DNA from: Bacteroidota bacterium
GTDB taxonomy: Bacteria > Bacteroidota > Bacteroidia > Bacteroidales > UBA10428
Length of the DNA stretch: 64,000 bases
Assembly (NCBI GenBank): GCA_003252385.1
Contig: QKEH01000042.1
Location: forward strand, 5,284-69,283
Direction of reading: 5' to 3'
Shown here: positions 27,828-36,821 of the stretch, in pieces
How the letters are laid out: every line of letters starts with the position of its first letter
Position numbering within the stretch: position 1 is the first letter of the stretch
Made by a program: the position numbers and the translations under genes
The notes under the pieces: model-generated
What the model was told of the DNA's origin: nothing
Databases searched by the model: none
Seen by the model: only the letters and a program-made list of their open reading frames with translations

Positions 27828-28177
27828 ACGTCTGACGGTTAAGAAACAGAATGTCTGATACTTACGTGAGTTTCCAACACGATCGAATTGTTCTCACTTA
27901 CTTCACCTTGAATCTCCTGAAAGAGAGCGTTTTTTAACCGTTCGCTGAGGGATCTTATCCTTATTGGAGAGTAAGTGGTTTTTTGAAAAAAAATCGGTAT
28001 TCCTTAAAAAGTACCATCTAAAGAACGCATCGTTAGGTGTAGAGTTTCAGGGAAGTAAGGCGCATTGCTCACCGGAATAGGATGATATTTCACGTGTCTG
28101 TTAGTTCCATTTCATCCTTCGTCAGCAATTGGCTGCCGTTCATAAAAATGGGCTTGTCTGGGCAAAAGTATTTGCAA

Positions 28178-28185
28178 TATATTTG
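28178..28185 (+). promoter_or_regulatory. Bacteroidota -7 promoter box upstream of the C25 peptidase gene
   Basis: tatatttg lies 60 nt upstream of ATG 28245. Confidence 0.4.
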
Positions 28186-28244
28186 AACATTGGTTCAAAA
28201 GAGCCGTAATAGGCGAAAACAGGTTGTTTTAAAACAAATTATGT

Positions 28245-31200
28245 ATGACTCTACGATTTATTTTCCGTTCCATGGTGGTGGTGCTGATGCTGGCACCGGT
28301 GTGGATGAATGCTCAGGTACTGCACTTCAAAATGACCGATGAAGGCTATGGCCCGGCAGAGTTTACGGCCTTGCCTAGTTATACCCAAACGCAGACCTTG
28401 AACACGCTGCAAATTGATTACGTGTTTCCCGGATTTTCGAAGTACGATATGGTTGCTGATGACGGCAATGCGTATCAGTTAATCCGCATGGAGGGCTTTG
28501 GGGTTTCCTCGGAGCCGGGCTTGCCTTCCCTGCCGGAGAGGTTGGATAAAGTAGCCATACCGGACGGAATGCAGGCTATGGTTAGTGTGCAGCCTGGCGA
28601 TTTTGTTGAGATTCCGAATATTATTCTGTTTCCGGCTCAGTTTGTTGGAACCGACGATATTGTTCAGTCTACCGAGTTTACTTTGAACAGCGCGGCCTAT
28701 AAATTAGATACTTATCTGCCGGCCACTGCAAGCGAAATCGTAGAGGTGCAAACCTACCGCGAAGTTCAGCTGGCCTATCTGGCAGTACATCCTGTGCAAT
28801 ACAATGCCGCTGCCAAAACGGTGCGCATCTATAAGGAACTCAAGATTACCGTACAATTTACCCCTAAAGCCAGCAAGTCGGTTACCACTAAAAGAAAGGT
28901 AACCAGCGATACTGAGATGCTTAAAGGCTTGGTGGTGAACTACGAAAGTCTGACGCCGGCAAGCAGTGCCAATAAATCGGCAGTGGTAAAAGCCACCAAA
29001 GGGTACCTGATTGTAACGGTGCCTGCATTTGCCGAGGCAGCCGCCAAACTGGCTGCCTGGAAACAGCAAATGGGTTACACCACCGAAATCGTTTCGCAGG
29101 CAAGCTGGACGGTGAGCCAGGTTAAAAGTCTCACCACCAACCGCTACCTCAATGCAGGCTACAATCTGTCCTATTTAACCCTTCTGGGCGATCATCAGCA
29201 AATTCCGGATTATAGCTACAATGCTAAAGATGTCACCAAACCGAATGCTGAAGATTGGTGGATATTTAGTACCAATTACTATGCCTGTATGAACGGCGCC
29301 AACGATTATATTCCGGATTTTGCTCATGGACGTATTCCGGTTCAAACCGCCGAACAGGCCATGACCGTAGTCAACAAAATAATTGGTTACGAATGCAATC
29401 CACCTTCCGATCCTACTTTCTACCGCAAAGGATTACATGCGGGTTACTTTCAGGATTCTACCCGCAATGGGGAATCGGACAAGCGCTATGCTAAGACTAC
29501 CATAGAAATGTACGACTATATGACGGCGCGAGGTTTTCAAAGCGATCTGATCTTGTATACCGAGCCCAACGTAGTACCTGACCGGTTTAACCCCTACTAT
29601 TCGGGAGTAACTACACTTCCCAGTGCTTATAAACGATCCAATGGCTATGCCTGGGATGGCGACCGGTACGATATACTAAATGCATGGAACGATGGCCGCT
29701 TGTATGCCTGGCACCGCGACCATGGCCAGCAATGGGGATGGATGGCTCCCGAATTTAAAGTGGATGACGTAGCGTCCCTACACAACGGAAACGAACTTCC
29801 CATTGTATTTAGTGTAAACTGTGGAAGTGGAAAATTTGATTCTTCGGAACCCGATAAGATCAGCTTTGCAGAAAGTGTACTGCGCCACCCGAATGGCGGG
29901 GCTGCCGGTGTGGTAGCTGCAACGGCTGTTACCCTTAGTGGCTACAACGATGGGTTGATCATCGGCATGATGGATGCCATCTGGTCCAATCCCGGAATTA
30001 TACCCAACCTGGGTGCTGAGGCCAGGACACCGACAAATCCGACGCACGATCCTATTTATTCCATGGGCGATGTGCTGGTTCAGGGCTTGTTGCGCATGAC
30101 CGAAACCTGGAATCAAACCTGGGCTTCCAAGGAACAGTATAATCTGTTTCACTATTTTGGCGATCCGGCCATGAAAATATGGACCGATGTTCCGCATGCT
30201 ATCACCGCAACCTATCCATCGCAACTGGGGGTTGGGGCTACCTCCATTCCGGTTACGAATGTAAGTGAAGAAGGTGTTACAGTAACTGCATGTTACAACG
30301 GGGCCTTAAAACGTGTGGTCGAAATTTCGGGGGGCAGTGGCACTTTAACTCTTCCTACACCCATTAGTGCCGATGTTATTGAAGTGATTATTACGTTCAG
30401 CAAGCACAATTGTATACCTCTGGTGGATACCATTCTGGTGGAGACCGCTCCGGTATCTAATTTTACTTCCGATAAAACCACCATTTGTGCCGGCGAAACG
30501 GTACAGTTTACCAATTTGTCAAGCGACAATGCGACCACCTGGTCGTGGGTAGTTACCCCTGACAGCTATTCGTTTGTCAATTCAACATCGGCGTCTAAAA
30601 ATCCGAAAATCGTATTTAACGGATCGGGAAGCTATGACGTGGAATTGGTAGCTTCTAATTCCTGGGGAAACAGCCTGATGGTTAAGGAAAACTTCGTTCT
30701 TGTGAAGGCCATTCCTGCGGCCATGTACGATACCACCGTGTATTTCTGTGACGGAGAAACCATACCGGAACTGGTAGCTGATGGCGATGAAGTGAAGTGG
30801 TATCAGGACAGTGAATTACAGCACATGGTATCGGGCACATCTACCTACCAGCCCGTAATGCAACACAGCGGAGATACCACTTTTTATCTTACCCGGACTG
30901 TGAACCTTTGTACCAGTTCCCCATCGACATTTACCGTGCATTTATCCCCTGAGCTGGCTCTGCCCGAAGTTACTCCTGATACCATTTGTTACAATTCATC
31001 GGTTACTTTGCAGGCAGGACAGATCTGTAACTGGTATTCCGATCCATTAAAGGCAGATTTGATAAAATATGCCAGTTCGGAATATTTCGTGTCCAGCTTG
31101 TCTCCGGGAGACTATTCTTACTATGTGGCCCGGGAAGAAGACTTTTGCGAGAGCGAGGTGGTAGTCTATCCATTGCATGTACATGAGCAGGTGGAAGCTC

Positions 31201-31928
31201 CCGAAGTGGCTGCAGCCCAAATTTGTCAGGGTGAAACGCTTTGGTTGAGTGCCGATGGTTTGAACTTACGTTGGTATAACGATGCGGACAAGAATAACTT
31301 CCTATACGAAGGGGATAGGATCAATAAAGGTACGCCAGAGCTTGGTTCGCATCGGGCATACGTTACCCAAACCTTGAATGACTGCGAAAGTGAGACTAGT
31401 ACACTGAATTTCACCATTCTTCCGGTTCCTGAGTTTTCACTGGGTAACGATCGGGAAGTACTCTTTGGCGACTCGCTGAGAATAACCTGCACCCAAGTCG
31501 GAACTTATGAATGGTCCAATGGAAGTGAGTCAGCCAGTATTCTGATTCGTTCCCCACAGGTGAGTATAGGTACTCATTCCTTATGGTTGAAGGTTACTTC
31601 GGATAATACCTGTAGCTATACCGATAGCATCAAGGTTCGGATTCTGGAGCCTACCGGACTGGATGGAAGTTCAGAACAGTGCACCATTGCCTTGTATCCC
31701 AACCCTGCCGAGAGTGTGGTTACCCTGGTTCCTGATTTTGAAGTACACGGAGTACTGAATATTGCAGTGCGCGATATACAGGGAAAATTGCTGCTTACTT
31801 CCCGGTATGAGGAGAACGAACAGCAGGAAATTCAGCTGGATGTAAGCGGATTGATGAACGGAGTGTACATACTTGCTATACAAAACAACGTTCGCAATTT
31901 CACCCTGCCACTGCTGGTTAGAAAGTAG
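28245..31928 (+). CDS. Peptidase C25 (gingipain-like cysteine peptidase) with a PKD domain, tandem Ig-like modules and a T9SS type-A C-terminal sorting domain
   Basis: Signal peptide. C25 hallmarks GYLIVTVPAFAEAAAKLAAWKQQMGY, LTLLGDHQQIP, HGRIPV, catalytic-His region YAWHRDHG and catalytic-Cys region IVFSVNCGSGKF. PKD (ETVQFTNLS...WSW). CTD ALYPNPAESVVTL...GVYILAIQN. Confidence 0.85.
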   Translation: MTLRFIFRSMVVVLMLAPVWMNAQVLHFKMTDEGYGPAEFTALPSYTQTQTLNTLQIDYVFPGFSKYDMVADDGNAYQLIRMEGFGVSSEPGLPSLPERLDKVAIPDGMQAMVSVQPGDFVEIPNIILFPAQFVGTDDIVQSTEFTLNSAAYKLDTYLPATASEIVEVQTYREVQLAYLAVHPVQYNAAAKTVRIYKELKITVQFTPKASKSVTTKRKVTSDTEMLKGLVVNYESLTPASSANKSAVVKATKGYLIVTVPAFAEAAAKLAAWKQQMGYTTEIVSQASWTVSQVKSLTTNRYLNAGYNLSYLTLLGDHQQIPDYSYNAKDVTKPNAEDWWIFSTNYYACMNGANDYIPDFAHGRIPVQTAEQAMTVVNKIIGYECNPPSDPTFYRKGLHAGYFQDSTRNGESDKRYAKTTIEMYDYMTARGFQSDLILYTEPNVVPDRFNPYYSGVTTLPSAYKRSNGYAWDGDRYDILNAWNDGRLYAWHRDHGQQWGWMAPEFKVDDVASLHNGNELPIVFSVNCGSGKFDSSEPDKISFAESVLRHPNGGAAGVVAATAVTLSGYNDGLIIGMMDAIWSNPGIIPNLGAEARTPTNPTHDPIYSMGDVLVQGLLRMTETWNQTWASKEQYNLFHYFGDPAMKIWTDVPHAITATYPSQLGVGATSIPVTNVSEEGVTVTACYNGALKRVVEISGGSGTLTLPTPISADVIEVIITFSKHNCIPLVDTILVETAPVSNFTSDKTTICAGETVQFTNLSSDNATTWSWVVTPDSYSFVNSTSASKNPKIVFNGSGSYDVELVASNSWGNSLMVKENFVLVKAIPAAMYDTTVYFCDGETIPELVADGDEVKWYQDSELQHMVSGTSTYQPVMQHSGDTTFYLTRTVNLCTSSPSTFTVHLSPELALPEVTPDTICYNSSVTLQAGQICNWYSDPLKADLIKYASSEYFVSSLSPGDYSYYVAREEDFCESEVVVYPLHVHEQVEAPEVAAAQICQGETLWLSADGLNLRWYNDADKNNFLYEGDRINKGTPELGSHRAYVTQTLNDCESETSTLNFTILPVPEFSLGNDREVLFGDSLRITCTQVGTYEWSNGSESASILIRSPQVSIGTHSLWLKVTSDNTCSYTDSIKVRILEPTGLDGSSEQCTIALYPNPAESVVTLVPDFEVHGVLNIAVRDIQGKLLLTSRYEENEQQEIQLDVSGLMNGVYILAIQNNVRNFTLPLLVRK
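30710..31430 (+). repeat. Three tandem ~75-80-aa Cys-framed Ig-like modules inside the C25 gene (protein-level repeat)
   Basis: Recurrent pattern C-x-GE(T)-x-L-x-A-x-G...(K/N/R)WY-x-D...YY(V/L)...C(E/T)S at VYFCDGETIPELVADGDEVKWYQD, DTICYNSSVTLQAGQICNWYSD and AQICQGETLWLSADGLNLRWYND. It resembles the CHU_C-associated Ig-like domain. Confidence 0.6.
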
Positions 31929-31954
31929 TAAATATTTTAATTCCATACCATGTA

Positions 31955-31988
31955 AAAACCCCGGTTGGTCTCTGCCAGTCGGGGTTTT
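31955..31988 (+). terminator. Rho-independent terminator after the C25 gene
   Basis: aaaaccccg (31955-31963) pairs with cggggtttt (31980-31988), with additional inner pairing. Confidence 0.6.
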
Positions 31989-32350
31989 GCTGTAGTAGTA
32001 GGGGCTCGCTATGGGACTTGAGCTTCAGTTAACTGCTTGGAAAAACTCAATGGAGAATTTTGCTCTCATTTTTTAGGGGGTATTTTTTTTGGCTACCTAA
32101 GTTTATCACCATTCCCGTGTCGTAACTGCCGGAGTAATACTAAAATCGATTGAATGGAGCACGCTTGAAGCATCGGCACGGGATGTTTCAAAACGGACTA
32201 CCTCCCCAAAGCATACTCGAGTGAAGTTTATCTTGCTGTTTGGCATTGTGTATACAGGATGCCGGGTAATGGCCAATTTTCCATGGGAACCTATTGCTTT
32301 GGAATGGGGTTTCCAGCTAGCAGCCAGCCTATCGTTATCTTTTCCGGTGG

Positions 32351-34555
32351 TTAATGGTTAACAGGAAGTTTTACATTTTTGGCCAGTGGGATATCGGCTT
32401 CCACCTCCTTCATAATTTGGTTGGGATCAAAAAGTTTGGTGCGTGCCAGCATTTGCGGCTGGTAATTTTTATCGAGGATTCGGGCATACGCTTTCCAGTG
32501 TCCGGCTGCTTCGGTTAAAAGTTCCACCGACTTTTGTTGATACTCCGGGTCGTGGGTTTCCAGGAACAGAGCCAGTTCGGTAGCCGCCTCAATTTTGGCA
32601 GCATAGTAATTGCCCAGATTGGCTGTTGCGTCTAAATCGTCCAATAGGGTGCACAGCTCCGGCTGATTCGTTTTTTTGCGAAGAAGAGTCACGGTGTTCA
32701 GGGTGTTACCGGCATCGCAGCGCAGTGCGGCAGCAACCTGGAACGGCGTGATTCCTTGGGTGGAACCGGATGCAATTTGCTGTGTATATTCTTTCGGGCT
32801 TAGCATGCCACTTTTTTCAAGAGTCGGGTTTTCCATAAACCGAATAACATCATGGAAACCTTCTCTGGCATCAATACATGCTTCAACCGACCATTGAAAG
32901 TCCCAGTCGTTCCAATGGTAGCAATTCACCTTCGGAATTATTCGCGATGCGGTTTTCCAGGCCGTGTACAATTTTTCGGCCTCGGTGCCGGGGTAACGGG
33001 TCTGTAGTTTTTCTGCAAAGAAGGAGGAATCCAGTTGTGTGTCATACGCCAATCGCCCCCATAGCATAAAATTGTACCAGTGCTTTTCCATTTCGAGCTG
33101 GCCGTTGAATTTCGGATTCTTTGCATTGAATACACGACCCCAAACATAGCCATCGGAACCCATGTAGAAGCCTGCAGTGCTTTCCAGGTCGAAATGGGTA
33201 ATGAAATCCCGCACGTAATCCGGATCGCCCCAGCGCAAAACAAAAATATCGTCGTTACGAAGGTTCCACCACGATTTGAGCTGGTATTTCTTCATGCTTT
33301 CGATATGTTTCTCGGCAAAGGGCAGCGTGGGCGACGAATACAACCTGGCCTTGGCATACTTAAAACTGGCCTCGAAATTACCAGGGTAGTTGTTCCAGTA
33401 GTGCATAATCTTATCCATGTTGCTATTCCAAACCCGGTGAATAAAATCGACCTTCCGCCCGGGATGCTGCTCAAGAAATTCAATAATAGGTTCTCCGTAG
33501 GCTTCCCATATCCATTGTTCCCGAGTATAAATGCCGGCACTGTCAATCATGTGTTCGCCGGCAGTAACGCCGATGCCTTTAACCAATGGATAGGTTTCCA
33601 GAAACTTTTTTATTGCTGCCTGGTAGTAGGGGATATTCATTGGGTTGTCCATCTGGTTGGTAATGCCATACTTGCCGGGCTCTTCTTCCCAGATGGGCTG
33701 GTTATAAGTTCGGTAGTACGGCGAAACTGGCTTGGCAACGCTATTGGGGCAAACGTTCCAGGTAAAAAAGTAGATGTCAATTCCACGGTCGTGGGCGTAT
33801 TGCATGACTTTTTGCCAGAAAGCTATTTTTTCATCAATAGTAATGCTTTTTACTACCACGAGATTTTCCATTACCTGAGTGGACACCAATTGCGGTTCTG
33901 CCCACTCATTTTCTATCCCAACAGGTTTTAAAGTGGTGATGCAAACATCGTTCAAAGCAACATCGGGATACTCCTCGAGTTTAATCATGGAGGGAAATGG
34001 GTGTGGGTTCCACAAGGTTAAGACGTTGTATCGATCTATAGCTAGCTGATCGAGGTAGTTTTGCCAGAAATCCCAGTCCCACATTACGGCAATGTTTTGC
34101 TGGGCTGCATCGCCGGTATCGTCGTAACTGGGGGTGCGGGCATCGAGTGGTATATTCATTTTAATGCCCCTTCTAAGCAGGTAGGGGTGCTGGTTTTTTT
34201 CGCGGATTTGTGTAAAATCCCGGTTCAACTTAATTTGCTCGGCCAAATCAAGTATACTATACATCGCTCCGGAGTAATCGCCGGAAATCAGTCGCAGGGT
34301 ATCGTTGCTTTTTTGAATTTGGTAGGACTGCTCGCCTAGTAACGAGTCCATTTCAATAACCATTGTAAAGCCGGCTTGTATCTTACCACTCTTTGGTGTA
34401 TTGCCCATGAGCGTGTTTCTGAGTTCGGTTAGGGCAAACCGGGTACCTGCACTTTCCACACGGTCAATTATTTCCACCTCGATGTAAGGTGTTGCAAAAG
34501 CAGGCAGGCTACATAGTAATGCGAGCGCAAATTTTAGAGCTGATTTTTTCATCAT
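32351..34555 (-). CDS. Secreted putative glycoside hydrolase (uncharacterised TIM-barrel-like family)
   Basis: Signal peptide MMKKSALKFALALLCSLPAFA (start set at 34555). An N-terminal alpha/beta domain, then a large Trp/Tyr-rich domain. Adjacent to GH29. I could not recognise the family. Confidence 0.45.
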   Translation of the reverse strand: MMKKSALKFALALLCSLPAFATPYIEVEIIDRVESAGTRFALTELRNTLMGNTPKSGKIQAGFTMVIEMDSLLGEQSYQIQKSNDTLRLISGDYSGAMYSILDLAEQIKLNRDFTQIREKNQHPYLLRRGIKMNIPLDARTPSYDDTGDAAQQNIAVMWDWDFWQNYLDQLAIDRYNVLTLWNPHPFPSMIKLEEYPDVALNDVCITTLKPVGIENEWAEPQLVSTQVMENLVVVKSITIDEKIAFWQKVMQYAHDRGIDIYFFTWNVCPNSVAKPVSPYYRTYNQPIWEEEPGKYGITNQMDNPMNIPYYQAAIKKFLETYPLVKGIGVTAGEHMIDSAGIYTREQWIWEAYGEPIIEFLEQHPGRKVDFIHRVWNSNMDKIMHYWNNYPGNFEASFKYAKARLYSSPTLPFAEKHIESMKKYQLKSWWNLRNDDIFVLRWGDPDYVRDFITHFDLESTAGFYMGSDGYVWGRVFNAKNPKFNGQLEMEKHWYNFMLWGRLAYDTQLDSSFFAEKLQTRYPGTEAEKLYTAWKTASRIIPKVNCYHWNDWDFQWSVEACIDAREGFHDVIRFMENPTLEKSGMLSPKEYTQQIASGSTQGITPFQVAAALRCDAGNTLNTVTLLRKKTNQPELCTLLDDLDATANLGNYYAAKIEAATELALFLETHDPEYQQKSVELLTEAAGHWKAYARILDKNYQPQMLARTKLFDPNQIMKEVEADIPLAKNVKLPVNH

Positions 34556-34819
34556 GCTGTGGGGTTTTGTTTTCAATGGTGGTACAAGTTGTGAAGCAGC
34601 CATTTCTCCTGCAGGTTTGAACACTTCTGCTACGGTAACTAACCTTGCGATGCACCAGGAGTACACTTTACGTTTTGCTAAAAATAGGCATTAAAGATAG
34701 TATTTTACTACTACGTCTAAAATCTGGCTGGTCTCCCGGGCATATTGGGGTTGTAAAACGAAAGTTAGTTGGAAAGGATCTGAAAAATGATTCGTTAGAA
34801 ATGCCACCTTTCGGCAGGT

Positions 34820-35133
34820 TCAGGGCCTGAACTTTCGGTACTCCGAAGGGGAGTAGCTGGTAGGTTTACGAAAGGTTCGTGAAAAATAGGTAAGACTTTT
34901 TAAACCGGTTTCTTCGAGAATCTTCTTAAAGGGATCGTTGGTGGTTAACAAGAAGAACTGTGCTTTTCGATCCGTTTATTGATAACGTAGGCACCGGGAG
35001 TTAACCCCGTTCGCTTGCGGAATACCCGGATAAAGTGGTCGCGGAAGTGGCAGGCAAATGCAGTCAGCGTATCAACCTCGAGGCTTTCTTACCATTTGTT
35101 GTTCGTTCTGGTGCTTCGTCCATTGTTATTCAT
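34820..35133 (-). pseudogene. Decayed AraC/XylS-family regulator remnant (HTH domain only, with an in-frame stop and a frameshift)
   Basis: The minus strand reads MNNNGRSTRTNNKW-TAA(35091-35089)-ESLEVDTLTAFACHFRDHFIRVFRKRTGLTPGAYVINKRIEK. A shift to the adjacent reading frame follows near 34960-34968, then AQFFLLTTNDPFKKILEETGLKSLTYFSRTFRKPTSYSPSEYRKFRP-stop (34820). This is the classical second AraC HTH. No sensor domain is present. Confidence 0.6.
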
Positions 35134-35258
35134 GTTTTGGGTTGGTAAAAATGGATTGTGTTTATTTCATGCCCGATTAGTAACTTACGGACGTATTCAA
35201 AGAGAAACGACAATCAACCCGGTACAATCATTAATCGGCTAAACTGAACCCAAAAATT

Positions 35259-36623
35259 ATGAAAAAGAATTTGAGTATCGTGCTGCTTTTTATCCTTCCT
35301 GCTCTGTTGACCGCTCAGACACCGGTAGGCAGCCAGGATGAAACTATTCTGAACTTTTTAAACCTGAAGTTCGGCATGTTTATCCATTACAATATGGGAA
35401 CCTATACCAGCGAACAGTGGGCCTATCCCTTTCACGATCCGAAAGAATTTAAGCCCTCTCAGCTTAATTGTGACCAGTGGGCAGAGGCGGCAAGATCGGC
35501 CGGAATGCGCTACGCCGTATTTACCACCAAACACCACGATGGCTTCTGTCTGTGGAATACCAAGGTTACCAACTACGATATTGCCTCTGCGGAGGATGCG
35601 TACAAGAATCGGGATATTGTAAAAGAATACGTGGATGCATTCCGGAAAGCCGGACTTACCGTTGGGCTCTATTTTTCGGTTTGGGATCGGCACCATGGGG
35701 TACAACACGGAAATATTAACGAAGAAAATATAGCATTTACCAAGGAACAACTTACGGAATTGCTTACCCAGTATGGCCCAATCAGTTGCATGGTGATTGA
35801 CGGATGGGGGTCGCGTTGGGGAGGCGGGCCCGATTTTGAAGAGTTACCCTATTACAAATTAGCCGATCACATTCATTCCATTCAGCCCAATTGTTTGGTG
35901 ATAAACCACAGCTGTCGGGCCGATTTGGCTTATACCCAGATCGTACATTACGAAGCTACGCATGGGCAGCATATACCATACGACAACACCTTCCCCTCGC
36001 AACAAGGGCCGGTAATTCAGCCGGGTTGGTTTTGGGACAAGGGCTTTGATACCCTGGAATTAAAACCGGTTGAGGACATTGTGAATGAACTCGCCTATAC
36101 CAACCACTACTACAGCAATTATTTACTCAATGCCGCACCCAACGATAAAGGTCTGATGGACGAAAACGTGGTAGCCAGGCTGAAAGAAGTGGGAGAAGTT
36201 ATACACCTGTCGGAGCCCTGCATAACGTTACCTAAGGTACAAATGCCGCATAAAGAAGTGAGTGTTAAAACATCGAGCACTATGGCTCAAGCGGATATAA
36301 CTGATCGAAATCTGTTGGATCTGAATCTGTTTACCGCTTGGAAACCCGCTGAAAACGATCCGTCGCCTTGGGTGGAGTTGGATTTTGGCAAGCCGGAGAC
36401 ATTTAATTTCTTCTCCATGCATGCCGGTTATCAGGAATCCATTCAGAAATATTCCATTGAGGCACTGGTGAAAAACAAGTGGGTGCAACTCTTTACCGGA
36501 GGTCCTGCCACCTTCCACGAGAAACATGCTTTCAGCGAAATTACTGCCCGGAAATACCGGATTCGTGTTTTGGAAATGAAGGGTATTCCGGAAATTGTGG
36601 AATTAACTATGGTGAAATACTAG
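35259..36623 (+). CDS. Alpha-L-fucosidase (GH29) with a C-terminal F5/8 type C (discoidin) domain
   Basis: Signal peptide, FGMFIHYNMGTY and AVFTTKHHDGFCLWNT (GH29 nucleophile region). Discoidin-like tail ...ARKYRIRVLE. Confidence 0.9.
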   Translation: MKKNLSIVLLFILPALLTAQTPVGSQDETILNFLNLKFGMFIHYNMGTYTSEQWAYPFHDPKEFKPSQLNCDQWAEAARSAGMRYAVFTTKHHDGFCLWNTKVTNYDIASAEDAYKNRDIVKEYVDAFRKAGLTVGLYFSVWDRHHGVQHGNINEENIAFTKEQLTELLTQYGPISCMVIDGWGSRWGGGPDFEELPYYKLADHIHSIQPNCLVINHSCRADLAYTQIVHYEATHGQHIPYDNTFPSQQGPVIQPGWFWDKGFDTLELKPVEDIVNELAYTNHYYSNYLLNAAPNDKGLMDENVVARLKEVGEVIHLSEPCITLPKVQMPHKEVSVKTSSTMAQADITDRNLLDLNLFTAWKPAENDPSPWVELDFGKPETFNFFSMHAGYQESIQKYSIEALVKNKWVQLFTGGPATFHEKHAFSEITARKYRIRVLEMKGIPEIVELTMVKY

Positions 36624-36821
36624 GGAGGCAGGCTCTAAGAACGTGGAATTCAAACAGTTTATAAATTGGCTCACAATTAAGTCAGTCTTGAGGTCACACT
36701 GCATCAGGATGTGATACCTTAGGATCGGTAAGTTGTAAACCGTTTCGAACGCTATTTCGTGCCCGCTTTTTAGCTCAGAGGTTCCATGTATTCAGTAATT
36801 TGGTTCGATAAAATAACTAAC

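Noticed and set aside
32106-32357. Start-less open frame of 83 codons on the minus strand just after the GH-like gene (…GSHGKLAITRHPVYTMPNSKINFTRVCFGEVVRFETSRADASSVLHSIDFSITPAVTTREW).
   Set aside because: There is no usable start codon giving more than 56 aa and no recognisable motif. An open frame of this length is not rare by chance at this GC. It may be a gene relic, but I cannot support that from sequence alone.
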